Assembly (NCBI GenBank): GCA_029211085.1
Contig: JARGFW010000003.1
Span: 15,938-79,937 of the forward strand
Length of the DNA stretch: 64,000 nt
Origin: Deferrisomatales bacterium
GTDB taxonomy: Bacteria > Desulfobacterota > Deferrisomatia > Deferrisomatales > JARGFW01
Reading direction: 5' to 3'
Part shown: piece after piece, positions 54,338 through 63,495 of the stretch
Position numbering within the stretch: position 1 is the stretch's first letter
Layout of the letters: each line of letters starts with the position of its first letter
Translations under genes and position numbers: made by a program
Notes under the pieces: model-generated
The model's database searches: none
The model's input: only the letters and a program-made list of their open reading frames with translations
What the model was told of the DNA's origin: nothing

Positions 54338-55291
54338 TCAGCCCAGGGCTGCCTCTTCGGCCAGGGAACGCTGGGTCTCGGGATGGTGCAGCAGGGTGGT
54401 CTTGAGGTCGAGTTCGTCGAGCAGGTCCATCTTCTGGAAGCGCCGATCCTTGTGGATCGCGGTGAGAGCCAGCACCAGGTACGCCGCGCCGCGACGGTGC
54501 AAGGTGGCCGCCAGCAGGAACGGCGCGGGGCGCCCCGGCACGTGGATGGTGAGAAACAGGCGGTCTCCCTCGCGGGCGGCGGTCAACCACCCCTGGGAGG
54601 CGTCCACCTCCAGGCGCAGGAAACGGTCGGAGAAGTCCTGCACGCTGCAGGGGGTACCCACGGCGTCCGGCTCCGGGCTCAGGCTGGCGGGGAGGCAGGT
54701 GTACACCCGATGGTACTGGCGCTGATCCAGAAACTGGAAAGACCCTCCATCCGGCTCCAGCGCCGCCACCCTGCGGTTGGCGTACACCCCGTCGCGCAGA
54801 TCGATCAACCGGGCGACGGTGCAGTCCAGGTACGCCACTTTGCCGTTGGAGCCCTTGTTGAACAGGGTGATGGTGTTGCCGCGTTTGAAATCGTTGACCG
54901 TCTTCTCGGTGAAGCTCTCCTCCTGGCCGGTGCCGTAGTCCATCTCGCTGCGGCTCTTGAACGGCACCAGGAAGCAAAAACGCGCCGCCGTCGCGATGCG
55001 CTCCAGGCGGCCCGGCGCCGTGCGCAGGGCGAGCGCGGCGGTGGCGGCGTCGAGTTCCAGGCTCACCGCGTGGTCCGAGTACACATGGTGGCCGTTGATG
55101 TCGTAGCCGAGCACCAGGGTGTCCAGCTTGACGCTGCGCTGATACTCAGGGAAGTAGTGCATCCGCGCCCCGATGGGGAAGTGGCGCAGGAACTCCCCCA
55201 CGGTGGCCAGCGGAACCCCCGCGGGTGCCGCCGCCGCGGGAGCGGGGGCGGCCCCGCCCTTGCCCAGCCAGTTGTTGATGATGCGCTTCAC
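54338..55291 (-). CDS. Protein with C-terminal PilZ-like domain (tentative)
   Basis: This protein is 317 aa. The motif QRQYHRV (RxxxR) is followed about 25 aa later by DFSDRF (D.S..G with G replaced by F), then beta-rich sequence. The N-terminal domain is unassigned. Confidence 0.5.
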   Translation of the reverse strand: MKRIINNWLGKGGAAPAPAAAAPAGVPLATVGEFLRHFPIGARMHYFPEYQRSVKLDTLVLGYDINGHHVYSDHAVSLELDAATAALALRTAPGRLERIATAARFCFLVPFKSRSEMDYGTGQEESFTEKTVNDFKRGNTITLFNKGSNGKVAYLDCTVARLIDLRDGVYANRRVAALEPDGGSFQFLDQRQYHRVYTCLPASLSPEPDAVGTPCSVQDFSDRFLRLEVDASQGWLTAAREGDRLFLTIHVPGRPAPFLLAATLHRRGAAYLVLALTAIHKDRRFQKMDLLDELDLKTTLLHHPETQRSLAEEAALG

Positions 55292-55444
55292 CGGTGTCGC
55301 CTCGCGCGGTAGGTTCCGGGTGGTGTCGGTCGCGGGGCCCGTTCCCCTCCCCGGACTTATCGGCCTGGGATCTCCCTACTTGAGGGCGACGCGGGCGGGG
55401 TTCGGGGGTATTCTGGGGGCGGTGACAACCCCTGCAGCAGCAGG

Positions 55445-55684
55445 TTGCGGGAGGTAGCGGTGGCAGACCGAGAGGAGAGGTTCCGGCCGGTGGCGGGGCT
55501 GCCGGGCAAGCTCTACGTGCCGCGGCCCGGGAAGCCCTGCAAACACCCCTGCGCCGACTGCTTCAGCTGCCAGTGGTGTGGGGACACCCGCTGTGCGGCG
55601 TGCCTCGGGAAGGTGGAGGAAGACGGCGGGAAGGAGGAAAGAGAAGCAGGCCCTTTTGGACCGGAGGGCACGGATCCAGAGTAA
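55445..55684 (+). CDS. Small Cys-rich protein (79 aa)
   Basis: GC3 is high. Seven Cys fall within 22 residues (CKHPCADCFSCQWCGDTRCAAC), followed by an acidic tail. The start is uncertain (ATG 55445 or GTG a few codons downstream). Confidence 0.45.
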   Translation: MREVAVADREERFRPVAGLPGKLYVPRPGKPCKHPCADCFSCQWCGDTRCAACLGKVEEDGGKEEREAGPFGPEGTDPE

Positions 55685-55705
55685 ACAGCACAAGGCGGGG
55701 TCGGG

Positions 55706-55765
55706 TCTTGGGTTTCCCACTCAGGGGATCCGTGTGATCCTGTCAAAAGGCGGGTCTTGGAACCG
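55706..55765. repeat. Intergenic TTGGGTTT...GATC-N5-GATC...TGTCAAAA...GGTCTTGGA element; homologous to 23166-23232
   Basis: GATC sites lie at 55727 and 55736. The core GATCCGTGTGATCC compares with GATCCGTGAGATCC at 23183. Confidence 0.6.
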
Positions 55766-55832
55766 TTTGGGGCAGATCCCGACTCCCGCTCGGGCGCCCT
55801 GGCAGGCCCCGCCGTGTCGACCCGAAGAGAAG

Positions 55833-56318
55833 CTACCGAACTTCCGCCGGCTCCCCGGTCACCTCGTGGAGCATGGCCACCTCGTCGCAGTCCGGGAACT
55901 TGGAACAGTTCACACAATCCTGCCACACCTTGTGGGGCAACTGGGCTTTGTCCACCTCGTGGAACCCTAACTTGCGGAAGAACCCGGGGCGGTAGGTGAG
56001 CGAGAACACCTGCCGCAAGCCCAGGGCGGCGGCGTCCGCCAGACAGCTCTCCACCAGCGCGCGCCCGACTCCGCCCCCCTGCAGTTCCCGTTGCACCGCC
56101 AGGGAACGCACCTCCCCCAGGTCCGTCCAGCACACGTGCAGAGCCCCGAGCCCCACCAGCACTCCCGCCCTGCGGGCCACGAAGAAGTCGCGGATGCACT
56201 CGTACAGGGACAGCCGCGAGCGCGCCAGCAGGTCGCCGCTGGCGGCGTAGTCGTCCAGGATCTTCTTCATCGCCTCTACGTCGTTGAGGCGGGCCCGTTC
56301 GATGGTGATCTCGTTCAC
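55833..56318 (-). CDS. GNAT N-acetyltransferase (short ArgA-like / N-acetylglutamate-synthase-like form)
   Basis: This 161-aa protein has the acetyl-CoA motif (VQRELQGGGVGRALV). Its start ATG overlaps the recN stop. Confidence 0.8.
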   Translation of the reverse strand: MNEITIERARLNDVEAMKKILDDYAASGDLLARSRLSLYECIRDFFVARRAGVLVGLGALHVCWTDLGEVRSLAVQRELQGGGVGRALVESCLADAAALGLRQVFSLTYRPGFFRKLGFHEVDKAQLPHKVWQDCVNCSKFPDCDEVAMLHEVTGEPAEVR

Positions 56319-57991
56319 GTTGCATACCTCGCGGCCAGCTCTCGGGCGTGGCCCAGCACGGTGGGACTGATCTCGTTACCGGCCAGCATGCGCGCCAGCT
56401 CGGCCACCCGCTCCTCGGCCCCCAGGGCCACCACCCGGATCACCGTGCGGCCGTCGGCGACCTGTTTGTCCACCCGCAGATGGCGGGCCGCCCGCGGTGC
56501 GATCTGGGGCAGGTGGGTGATCACCACCACCTGGCAACCCCGGGCCAGCTCGCTGAGCCGCTCCCCCACCGCCTCCGCGGTGGCGCCGCCGACCCCCGCG
56601 TCCACCTCGTCGAACACCAGGGTCTCCACCCCGGCGTCGCGCAGGGCGTTCTTCAAACCCAGCAGGATGCGCGAGAGTTCACCGCCGCTGGCGGTGCGGG
56701 CCAGGGGCTTGGCGGGTTCGCCGGGGTTGGGCGCCAGCAAGAAGCGTGCGGTCTCGGTGCCGTCAGGCCCCGGCTCCACCGGCAGCCACTCCACCCGGAA
56801 CGCCGAACGGCCCAGGGCCAGGGCCTCCAGCTCCCGGCCTACCCGCTGTTCCAGCTCCGCCGCCGTGGCCCGTCGCACCCGACACAGCTCGGCAGCGGCC
56901 CGCTGCAGGACAACCGCGGCAGAGGTCAGGGTCTTGCGGGCCTGGTCCAGCGCCAGCTCGGTATTCTCCAGTTCCCAGAGCTCCGCCTCCATCGCCTCCA
57001 GACGCCCCAGAATCGCCTCGACTCCAGCGCCGTACTTGCGCTCGAGTCGCCGTAGCTGGTCGATGCGCCCTTCCACCGCCTCCAGGCGCCGGGGGTCGGC
57101 TTCCAGCCGGTCGCGGCGCTGGCGCAGCTGCAGGGCCGCTTCCTCCAGACCGCTGCGGGCCTCCTCCAGCACCTCGCGGATCGGTGCCGCCGCGGGGTCC
57201 CGCTCGGCGGCCCGCTCCACCGTGCGCAGGGCCCGTCCCACCCGGTCCAGGGCGGCGTCCGTCCCGGAGTAGAGCTCGGCCTCGGCTTCGGCGTAGCCCT
57301 CGAGCAGCTTGCCGGCGTGGGCCAGCAGGTCGCGCTCGGCCCGCAGCGTCCGGTCCTCCCCGGGCTGCAGGCCGGCGGCACGGATCTCCTCGCACTGGAA
57401 GCGCAGGAACTCGGCCCGTTCCCGCCCCTCGGTCTCCAGCCGCTGCAGCCGTGCCACCGTGTCCCGGGCGGTCAGCCATTTCGCCAGTTCCCCGGAGTAG
57501 TCGAGCAGAACGGCGCGTCCCGCCGCCGGCAGGGCGCGGTCCAGCAGGCCCAGGTGGGTCTCCTCACGCAGCAGGCCCTGGTGCTGGTGCTGTCCCGAGA
57601 ACTCCACCAGGTGGGCTCCCAGGCGGGTCAGCAGGCCGGTGGACACCGTGCTGCCGTTGACGAACGCCCGGCTGCGGCCGTCGGCGGCCACCGTACGCGC
57701 CAGCAGCAGCGGGTCGCCGTCCTCCCAGGGCACCCCCGCCTCCTCCAGCAGCACCCGCAACCGCCCCGCGGCTGCCTCCGCGGGCTGAAACTCCCCCTGC
57801 ACCCGCGCCTGGGCGGCGCCGGCGCGCACCGAATCGCGGCTGGCGCGGTCGCCCAGCAGCAGGCCGAGGGCCTGCAGCAGGATCGACTTGCCCGCCCCGG
57901 TCTCCCCGGTCAACACGTTGAGCCCCGGGCCCAACTCCAGGGTCAGTTCCTCCACCAGGGCGAAGTTGCGGATCTGCAGCGACTCGATCAC
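56315..57991 (-). CDS. recN: DNA repair protein RecN
   Basis: This 558-aa protein starts MIESLQIRNFALVEEL.L.L..GLNVLTGETGAGKSIL. It has a long coiled coil and the C-terminal blocks SGGELSR and VFDEVDAGVGG. Confidence 0.95.
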   Translation of the reverse strand: MIESLQIRNFALVEELTLELGPGLNVLTGETGAGKSILLQALGLLLGDRASRDSVRAGAAQARVQGEFQPAEAAAGRLRVLLEEAGVPWEDGDPLLLARTVAADGRSRAFVNGSTVSTGLLTRLGAHLVEFSGQHQHQGLLREETHLGLLDRALPAAGRAVLLDYSGELAKWLTARDTVARLQRLETEGRERAEFLRFQCEEIRAAGLQPGEDRTLRAERDLLAHAGKLLEGYAEAEAELYSGTDAALDRVGRALRTVERAAERDPAAAPIREVLEEARSGLEEAALQLRQRRDRLEADPRRLEAVEGRIDQLRRLERKYGAGVEAILGRLEAMEAELWELENTELALDQARKTLTSAAVVLQRAAAELCRVRRATAAELEQRVGRELEALALGRSAFRVEWLPVEPGPDGTETARFLLAPNPGEPAKPLARTASGGELSRILLGLKNALRDAGVETLVFDEVDAGVGGATAEAVGERLSELARGCQVVVITHLPQIAPRAARHLRVDKQVADGRTVIRVVALGAEERVAELARMLAGNEISPTVLGHARELAARYAT

Positions 57992-58848
57992 CCGCCGCCC
58001 GCCCCCGGGCCGCGTCCGCCCCAGTGCAGTTTGCTGCGCAACACCTGGAAGAAATCCCGCTCCGGCGAACGCACCAGCAGCACGCGGTGGGCGGCCCTGA
58101 CCACCCGCACCACGTCGCCCACCGCCAGCTCCACACCCTGTTGCCCGTCCAGGGTGAGATAGACCTCACCGTTCTTGAGCTCCAGGCAGATCTCCACCAC
58201 GGCAGAGTCGGGCACCAGGATCGGCCGGTGGGTCAGGGTGTGGGGGCAGATCGGGGTGAGCACGAACGCCGCCAGGTCCGGGGAGACGATCGGCCCCCCG
58301 GCCGAAAGGTTGTAGGCGGTGGATCCGGTGGGGGTGGAGACGATGAAGCCGTCGCTGCGGTAGTTGCTCACCCGGCAGCCGTCCACCCGCACCGAAAAAT
58401 CGCTGATGCGGGCCAGCGCCCCGTTGTTGAGCACCACGTCGTTTAGCACCTGATAGGTGGCCACGGTGCGGCCGGCGCGGGCCACGGCGCAGGTGAGCAT
58501 GGTGCGGGGCTCGGTGCGGATCTCCCCGGCGAGCACCCGTTCCAAGGCCGGGTACAGCTCGTCCAGGGCGATCTCGGTGAGAAACCCGAGGCGCCCCAGG
58601 TTGACCCCCAGCACCGGCACCTCGCAACCGGCCAGGGCCCGCACCGCCGAGAGCAAGGTGCCGTCCCCTCCCAGCACCACCACCAGGTCCACCCCGGCGC
58701 ACCCTCCCCCGGCGATCAACTCCCCAAGGGCCTCCTCCCCCAATACCCGCAGCCCCCTGTGCTCGGCCCAGGCGCGCACCTCGCGGGCCACCCGGTCCGC
58801 CGCCGGCGTCGTCTTCTTGCGGTACAGCGCAATGGTCTGCAAGCTCAC
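57988..58848 (-). CDS. nadK: NAD+ kinase
   Basis: This 286-aa protein has a GTG start at 58848. Matching blocks are GGDGTLL, NLGRLGFL, STPTGSTAY. There is a 4-nt overlap with recN. Confidence 0.93.
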   Translation of the reverse strand: MSLQTIALYRKKTTPAADRVAREVRAWAEHRGLRVLGEEALGELIAGGGCAGVDLVVVLGGDGTLLSAVRALAGCEVPVLGVNLGRLGFLTEIALDELYPALERVLAGEIRTEPRTMLTCAVARAGRTVATYQVLNDVVLNNGALARISDFSVRVDGCRVSNYRSDGFIVSTPTGSTAYNLSAGGPIVSPDLAAFVLTPICPHTLTHRPILVPDSAVVEICLELKNGEVYLTLDGQQGVELAVGDVVRVVRAAHRVLLVRSPERDFFQVLRSKLHWGGRGPGAGGG

Positions 58849-58889
58849 CCTCCCCTCCTCTCGGGAAAGGGTGTTATGGTAGCAAAACC

Positions 58890-60212
58890 ATGCCTTCCCA
58901 GGAAGAACCGCGCCCCCACCCCCGTGCCCCCCTGGCCGACCGCATGCGCCCCCGCACCCTGGAGGAGGTGCTCGGCCAGGACCATCTACTGGGCCCCGGC
59001 CGTCCCTTGCGCGCCGCCCTGGAAGGGGGAGAACTGCCGTCCCTGCTGCTGTGGGGCCCGCCCGGGTGCGGCAAGACTAGCCTTGCCCGCCTGCTGGCCG
59101 ACCGCGCCGGGTATTATTTCGAACCCCTGTCCGCGGTGCTGGTGGGGGTCAAGGAGGTCCGCGCCGAGATCGCCGCCGCCGCCTCGCGCCGCGACGACGG
59201 CGGCCGCACCCTGCTGTTCCTCGACGAGATCCACCGCTTCAACAAGGCCCAGCAAGACGCCCTGCTGCCCCACGTGGAGGCCGGCACCATCACACTGGTG
59301 GGGGCCACCACCGAAAACCCGTCGTTCCAGCTCATCTCGGCCCTGCAGTCACGGCTGCTGATCTCGCGCCTGGAACCCCTGGAGGCCGACGCCCTGGCGA
59401 CCCTGGTGCGCCGCGCCCTGGAGGACTCCGAAAGCGGCCTGGGGGGAACCGGCGTGGCCCTGGAGGCGGCCGCCGAGCAGCTGCTGGTGCGCACCGCCCA
59501 GGGCGACGCCCGCAAGGCGCTCAACTTGCTGGAGGCGTCGGCGCGGGTGGCTCCGGCCGGCGCCGACGGCACCCGCACCGTGACCCGCGAAGTGGTGGCC
59601 GCGACCCTGCAGAGCCCCACCCTGTACCACGACGCCGACGGCGACTGGCACTACGACGTGGTCAGCGCCCTGATCAAGAGCCTGCGGGGCTCGGACCCCG
59701 ACGCCGCACTGTACTGGCTGGCACGCATGGTGGAGGCCGGCGAAGACCCTCTGTTCATCGCCCGCCGCCTGGTGATCTTCGCCTCCGAAGACGTGGGCAA
59801 CGCCGACCCCGAGGCCCTGCGCCTGGCCCTCTCGGTGCGGGACGCCGTGCACTTCGTGGGCATGCCCGAGGGCTGGATCCCCCTGGCCCAGGGGGCGGTG
59901 TACCTGGCCACCGCACCCAAGTCCAACAGCTCGTACGCGGCCTACAAGCTGGCAAAGAAAGACGTGCTGGAGCACGGCAACCTGCCCGTGCCCCTGCACC
60001 TGCGCAACGCGCCCACCCAGCTCGCCAAGCAGATGGGCCACGGCCAGGGCTACCTCTACCCCCATGACCACCCCGACGGGGTGGTGGCACAGACCTACCT
60101 GCCCGACGCGTTGGTGGGGCGCCGCTACTTCACCCCGGGCCCCTTCGGCTTCGAACGGGACATCGCCAAGCGCCTGGAGTGGTGGCGCAAGCGCCGGGGC
60201 GAGAACCCGTAG
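58890..60212 (+). CDS. rarA: Replication-associated recombination protein A (AAA+ ATPase RarA/MgsA)
   Basis: This protein is 440 aa. Matching blocks are LLLWGPPGCGKTSLA, LFLDEIHRFNK, GATTENPSF, YPHDHP. Confidence 0.95.
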   Translation: MPSQEEPRPHPRAPLADRMRPRTLEEVLGQDHLLGPGRPLRAALEGGELPSLLLWGPPGCGKTSLARLLADRAGYYFEPLSAVLVGVKEVRAEIAAAASRRDDGGRTLLFLDEIHRFNKAQQDALLPHVEAGTITLVGATTENPSFQLISALQSRLLISRLEPLEADALATLVRRALEDSESGLGGTGVALEAAAEQLLVRTAQGDARKALNLLEASARVAPAGADGTRTVTREVVAATLQSPTLYHDADGDWHYDVVSALIKSLRGSDPDAALYWLARMVEAGEDPLFIARRLVIFASEDVGNADPEALRLALSVRDAVHFVGMPEGWIPLAQGAVYLATAPKSNSSYAAYKLAKKDVLEHGNLPVPLHLRNAPTQLAKQMGHGQGYLYPHDHPDGVVAQTYLPDALVGRRYFTPGPFGFERDIAKRLEWWRKRRGENP

Positions 60213-60299
60213 GGCGGCGTCCAGCGCGGCAACGGGTGTTGCGGGGAGGGTCCGCGCCCGACCCGGCACCACCGGTTTCCCCCAATCGATCGAGGCCGG

Positions 60300-60329
60300 T
60301 TGACAGTTCAGAAGAGCCCTTGCTATGAG
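60300..60329 (+). promoter_or_regulatory. Candidate sigma70-type promoter upstream of the 60398 gene
   Basis: TTGACA lies at 60300-60305, followed by an 18-nt spacer and TATGAG at 60324-60329. This is about 70 nt upstream of the ATG. Confidence 0.4.
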
Positions 60330-60397
60330 GGGGCCGAGACTGCGGCGGCTCCCCCCACCACCGCCCCCTGCGGGGCGAACGCCTCCGAGCACAGGCC

Positions 60398-61678
60398 ATG
60401 GCACACGCCGTTTCCTGGTCCCCCTATCGACGGCTCACCGACCGGCTCAACCGGTTTCCCCAGGGCGCGCCTCCCTCCGAACTGCTGTTGCGGATCCTGA
60501 AACTCCTGTTCCAGGAGCAGGAGGCCGAGTTGGTGGCCCTGTTGCCGATCCGGCCGTTTACCGCCCGCAAGGCCGCCCGTATCTGGAAGACTGGGGAGCG
60601 GGCCGCCCGGGAGACCCTGGAAGGCCTGGCGGCCCGGGCACTGCTGGTAGACTTCGAGCAGGCGGGGGAGACCCGGTATGTGCTGCCTCCGCCCATGGCC
60701 GGCTTCTTCGAGTTCTCCCTCATGCGGGTCCGGAACGACATCGACCAGAAGCTACTGAGTGAGTTGTTTTTCCAGTACCTGAACGTGGAGGAAGACTTCG
60801 TCCGAGAGCTCTTTGCCGAGGGAAACACCCAGCTCGGGCGCACCTTCGTGCTCGAACCGGCGCTGTCGGAGGAAAACGCCGTGCACGTTCTCGACTTCGA
60901 GCGGGCCAGCGAGGTGATCCGTACCGCCACGGCCATGGGGGTGGGCACCTGCTACTGCCGCCACAAGATGCTGCACATGGGCCGCACCTGCGGGGCTCCC
61001 CTGGACATCTGCATGACCTTCAACACCACGGCCGATTCCCTGATCCGACACGGGCACGCCCGGTCCGTGGACCGGGCCGAGGGGCTCGACCTGCTCCAAC
61101 AGGCCTATGAAAACAACCTGGTGCAGTTCGGCGAGAACGTGCGGGAAGGGGTCAACTTCATTTGCAACTGCTGCGGGTGCTGCTGCGAGGCGATGATTGC
61201 GGCGCGTCGTTTCGCGGCCATGAACCCGATCCACACGACCGCTTTCCTCCCGGTCCTGGACCGCGGAAGCTGCACCGGCTGCGGACGGTGCGTAAGCATC
61301 TGTCCGGTGGAAGCCCTGGCCCTGGTCTCAGCCAACGACCCGGGTCGCCCTGGGAGGCACGAAGCCAGGATCGACCCAGACCGCTGCCTCGGCTGCGGCC
61401 TGTGCGTGCGGGCCTGCCCCGGGGAAGGGAGCCTGCGGCTGGAGGCCCGGCCCCACAGGGTGCTCACCCCCCGCAACGCTGCCCACCGGGCGGTGCTCAT
61501 GGCCGTCGAGCGCGGCAAGCTTCAGGAGCTGATCTTCGACAACCGGGTGCTCTGGAGCCACCGGGCCCTGGCCGCCGTGTTGGGTGCCATCCTGCGCCTG
61601 CCGCCGGTGAAGCGCGCCCTGGCCACCGAACAGGTCCGATCCCGCTACCTGGAAGCGCTGGTGGCCCGCGTGGCATGA
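60398..61678 (+). CDS. 4Fe-4S dicluster-domain protein with additional CNCCGCCC Cys cluster
   Basis: This protein is 426 aa. It has two ferredoxin motifs (CTGCGRCVSICP and CLGCGLCVRACP) and the upstream clusters CYCRHK...C and FICNCCGCCCEA. Confidence 0.8.
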   Translation: MAHAVSWSPYRRLTDRLNRFPQGAPPSELLLRILKLLFQEQEAELVALLPIRPFTARKAARIWKTGERAARETLEGLAARALLVDFEQAGETRYVLPPPMAGFFEFSLMRVRNDIDQKLLSELFFQYLNVEEDFVRELFAEGNTQLGRTFVLEPALSEENAVHVLDFERASEVIRTATAMGVGTCYCRHKMLHMGRTCGAPLDICMTFNTTADSLIRHGHARSVDRAEGLDLLQQAYENNLVQFGENVREGVNFICNCCGCCCEAMIAARRFAAMNPIHTTAFLPVLDRGSCTGCGRCVSICPVEALALVSANDPGRPGRHEARIDPDRCLGCGLCVRACPGEGSLRLEARPHRVLTPRNAAHRAVLMAVERGKLQELIFDNRVLWSHRALAAVLGAILRLPPVKRALATEQVRSRYLEALVARVA

Positions 61679-61810
61679 CCGGGGCACCTCTGCTGCGGGA
61701 CAGCCTCGCCGCAGGAACCACCCACGCCGCCGTGCACCCGTGCCCTGCTTGCCGCGCCACCCCTGTCGATGTCTTGCCCCGCCCCCTTCACTCCCGATCC
61801 TGTGCGCCGA

Positions 61811-62506
61811 TCAGAAAGGCACCCCGAGGGCTGCGCAGAGAAAGCTCATGTAGCCGCGCGAGGTGGCGAACTGCTTGGCACAGTAGATCGGGAAGTCTGG
61901 ATCGCCGATCTCCGCAGCCCCGACCGTTTGCACGGCCAGGAAATCCTTCCACTTCAGGTCTTCGCTACACGGGTGGTCCGGATCATATCCCTTGGGTGGC
62001 CGCGTCAGCCGGTCCCCGCTGAGCTCGAAGGCGGCCCGGAACCCCTGGTCGTCGCGGGCCGCTTCCCACTCGCCCGGGAACGCGACGATCCGATCCCGGA
62101 TCTTCGCGAGGGCGTCCGGTGCCGGGTGCCAGGTACCGAGGGCGACAAACGCCTCCTGCACCTCGATGTGCACGTAGAACCCGGGGGCGTGCACATCCTT
62201 GGCCCGTTCGTGACGGAACTGGATGCCGATGTTGGTCTTGTAGGGTGTCTTGTCCTTCGCGAACCGTGTATCCCGATGCACCCGCATCAAGGAACCCCGG
62301 GTCCGGGTGGGGACGGCGAGGATGTGGTGGGAAATGCTGTCGAGCAACGGGCCCATGGCAGCGATGAAGCGGAGCGCGGGCTCCAGCACCACTTGGTCGT
62401 AGCGGCCCTTGTTGGCCGTGAACCACTCGCGGTCGTTGTTGGCCGCCAGCTCTTCCAGGTAGGAGAGGGTCTCCGGGGGGAACCCGGTGAATCCTTGCAC
62501 AGGCAT
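61811..62506 (-). CDS. DUF2461-family (TIGR02453-like) protein
   Basis: This protein is 231 aa. Matching blocks are FL.EL..NN.REWF..NK..Y, RDTRFAKDKTPYKT, PGFYVHI. Confidence 0.75.
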   Translation of the reverse strand: MPVQGFTGFPPETLSYLEELAANNDREWFTANKGRYDQVVLEPALRFIAAMGPLLDSISHHILAVPTRTRGSLMRVHRDTRFAKDKTPYKTNIGIQFRHERAKDVHAPGFYVHIEVQEAFVALGTWHPAPDALAKIRDRIVAFPGEWEAARDDQGFRAAFELSGDRLTRPPKGYDPDHPCSEDLKWKDFLAVQTVGAAEIGDPDFPIYCAKQFATSRGYMSFLCAALGVPF

Positions 62507-63009
62507 GGTGGATCTCCTCTGCGGGGGTAAGGTCCAGCGCGGGTCGACGGGTTTCCCCTCGCGGGATCGACAGCCCTTCCCCCGGTTCCGCCAGATGGTA
62601 CCAACCCCTCAAGCCATCGTGTCCAGCACGTTCCAGCCGGGAGACACCCGGTTTCATCCGTCACGCAATCCTCGGTGCCCGTGGCGGATCCCTGCCAGGC
62701 GTCGATCTCCGGGAAGCGTACCTTGCGATAGCGGAGCCCCCGTTCCAGCGGCGCGCCTCACGACTCACACCCCATGAACGGGGTCGCCGCCAAGCCTCCC
62801 GTAGCCACAGAAGTGACCGCTCGTAGGCCTCATCCCATGAGTAGAGCAGTTCCAGGTCTCGGTCCGAAGCATCCCCTTCATGATGAATGCGTTTCAATCG
62901 GTTAGCGGCAACCCCATGCGCGAAACGCGCGGCGCTGTGCGCCTGTACCGCCCACCTGGTGCTGGGCCTGCTGCAGCCCAAGGGCAGACAACTCCCGCGG
63001 CCGGGCAAT

Positions 63010-63366
63010 GTGATGCACCTGTGCACCGGAGCGGCCCGTTCCATGGTGCAGATCACGGTGGTGTGCGCCGCGGCGGGCTTCGTCGTCGGCCTGGTTTCCT
63101 ACACCGGGTTGGACGCCGCCCGTGGCCCCGGCGGTGTATGCCGCCGCGGCCATAGCGGTGGTGTTGCGCCATTGAGCGGCGCTGTTTTCGGCCGCTGCCC
63201 TGGTGGGCCGGAAGACTGCTGGGAGTCGCGGCACTGCCCATGTTCGTCCCGGGATGGCACGCGCGGGTTGCCGGACTGACCATTGCCCTGCCGATCCTGG
63301 TCTGGGATTATTGGAAGGCCCGGGGCCAGCGCACCCCCGCCACACGAGGGGTGCGTGGCGGCCTGA
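63010..63366 (+). pseudogene. Remnant of a TRAP-transporter fused-permease gene (frameshifted, heavily truncated)
   Basis: One frame reads GAARSMVQITVVCAAAGFVVGLVSYTGL, which resembles the conserved GAR.A..V...CA.AGI.VGV...TGL block. A second frame reads LLGVAALPMFVPGWHARVAGLTIALPILVWDYWKARG, ending at the TGA at 63364-63366. No intact ORF spans both pieces. Confidence 0.45.
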
Positions 63367-63495
63367 CCCGCGGGCCAGATCTTACCTGCAGCGGGTCTTC
63401 CGGGCCCTCGGGAGGCCGTGGGCCCGGACAACTGCAGACACCGGGGCAGCCCATGGGGCCCCCGGGGCCAAAACACTTCCCCAGGAGGGAGTTTC

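Noticed and set aside
62661-63056. A 131-aa minus-strand ORF in the decayed region.
   Set aside because: It has no Shine-Dalgarno sequence and an Arg/Ser/Trp-rich composition. It overlaps TRAP-remnant sequence on the other strand, and I recognise no motif.
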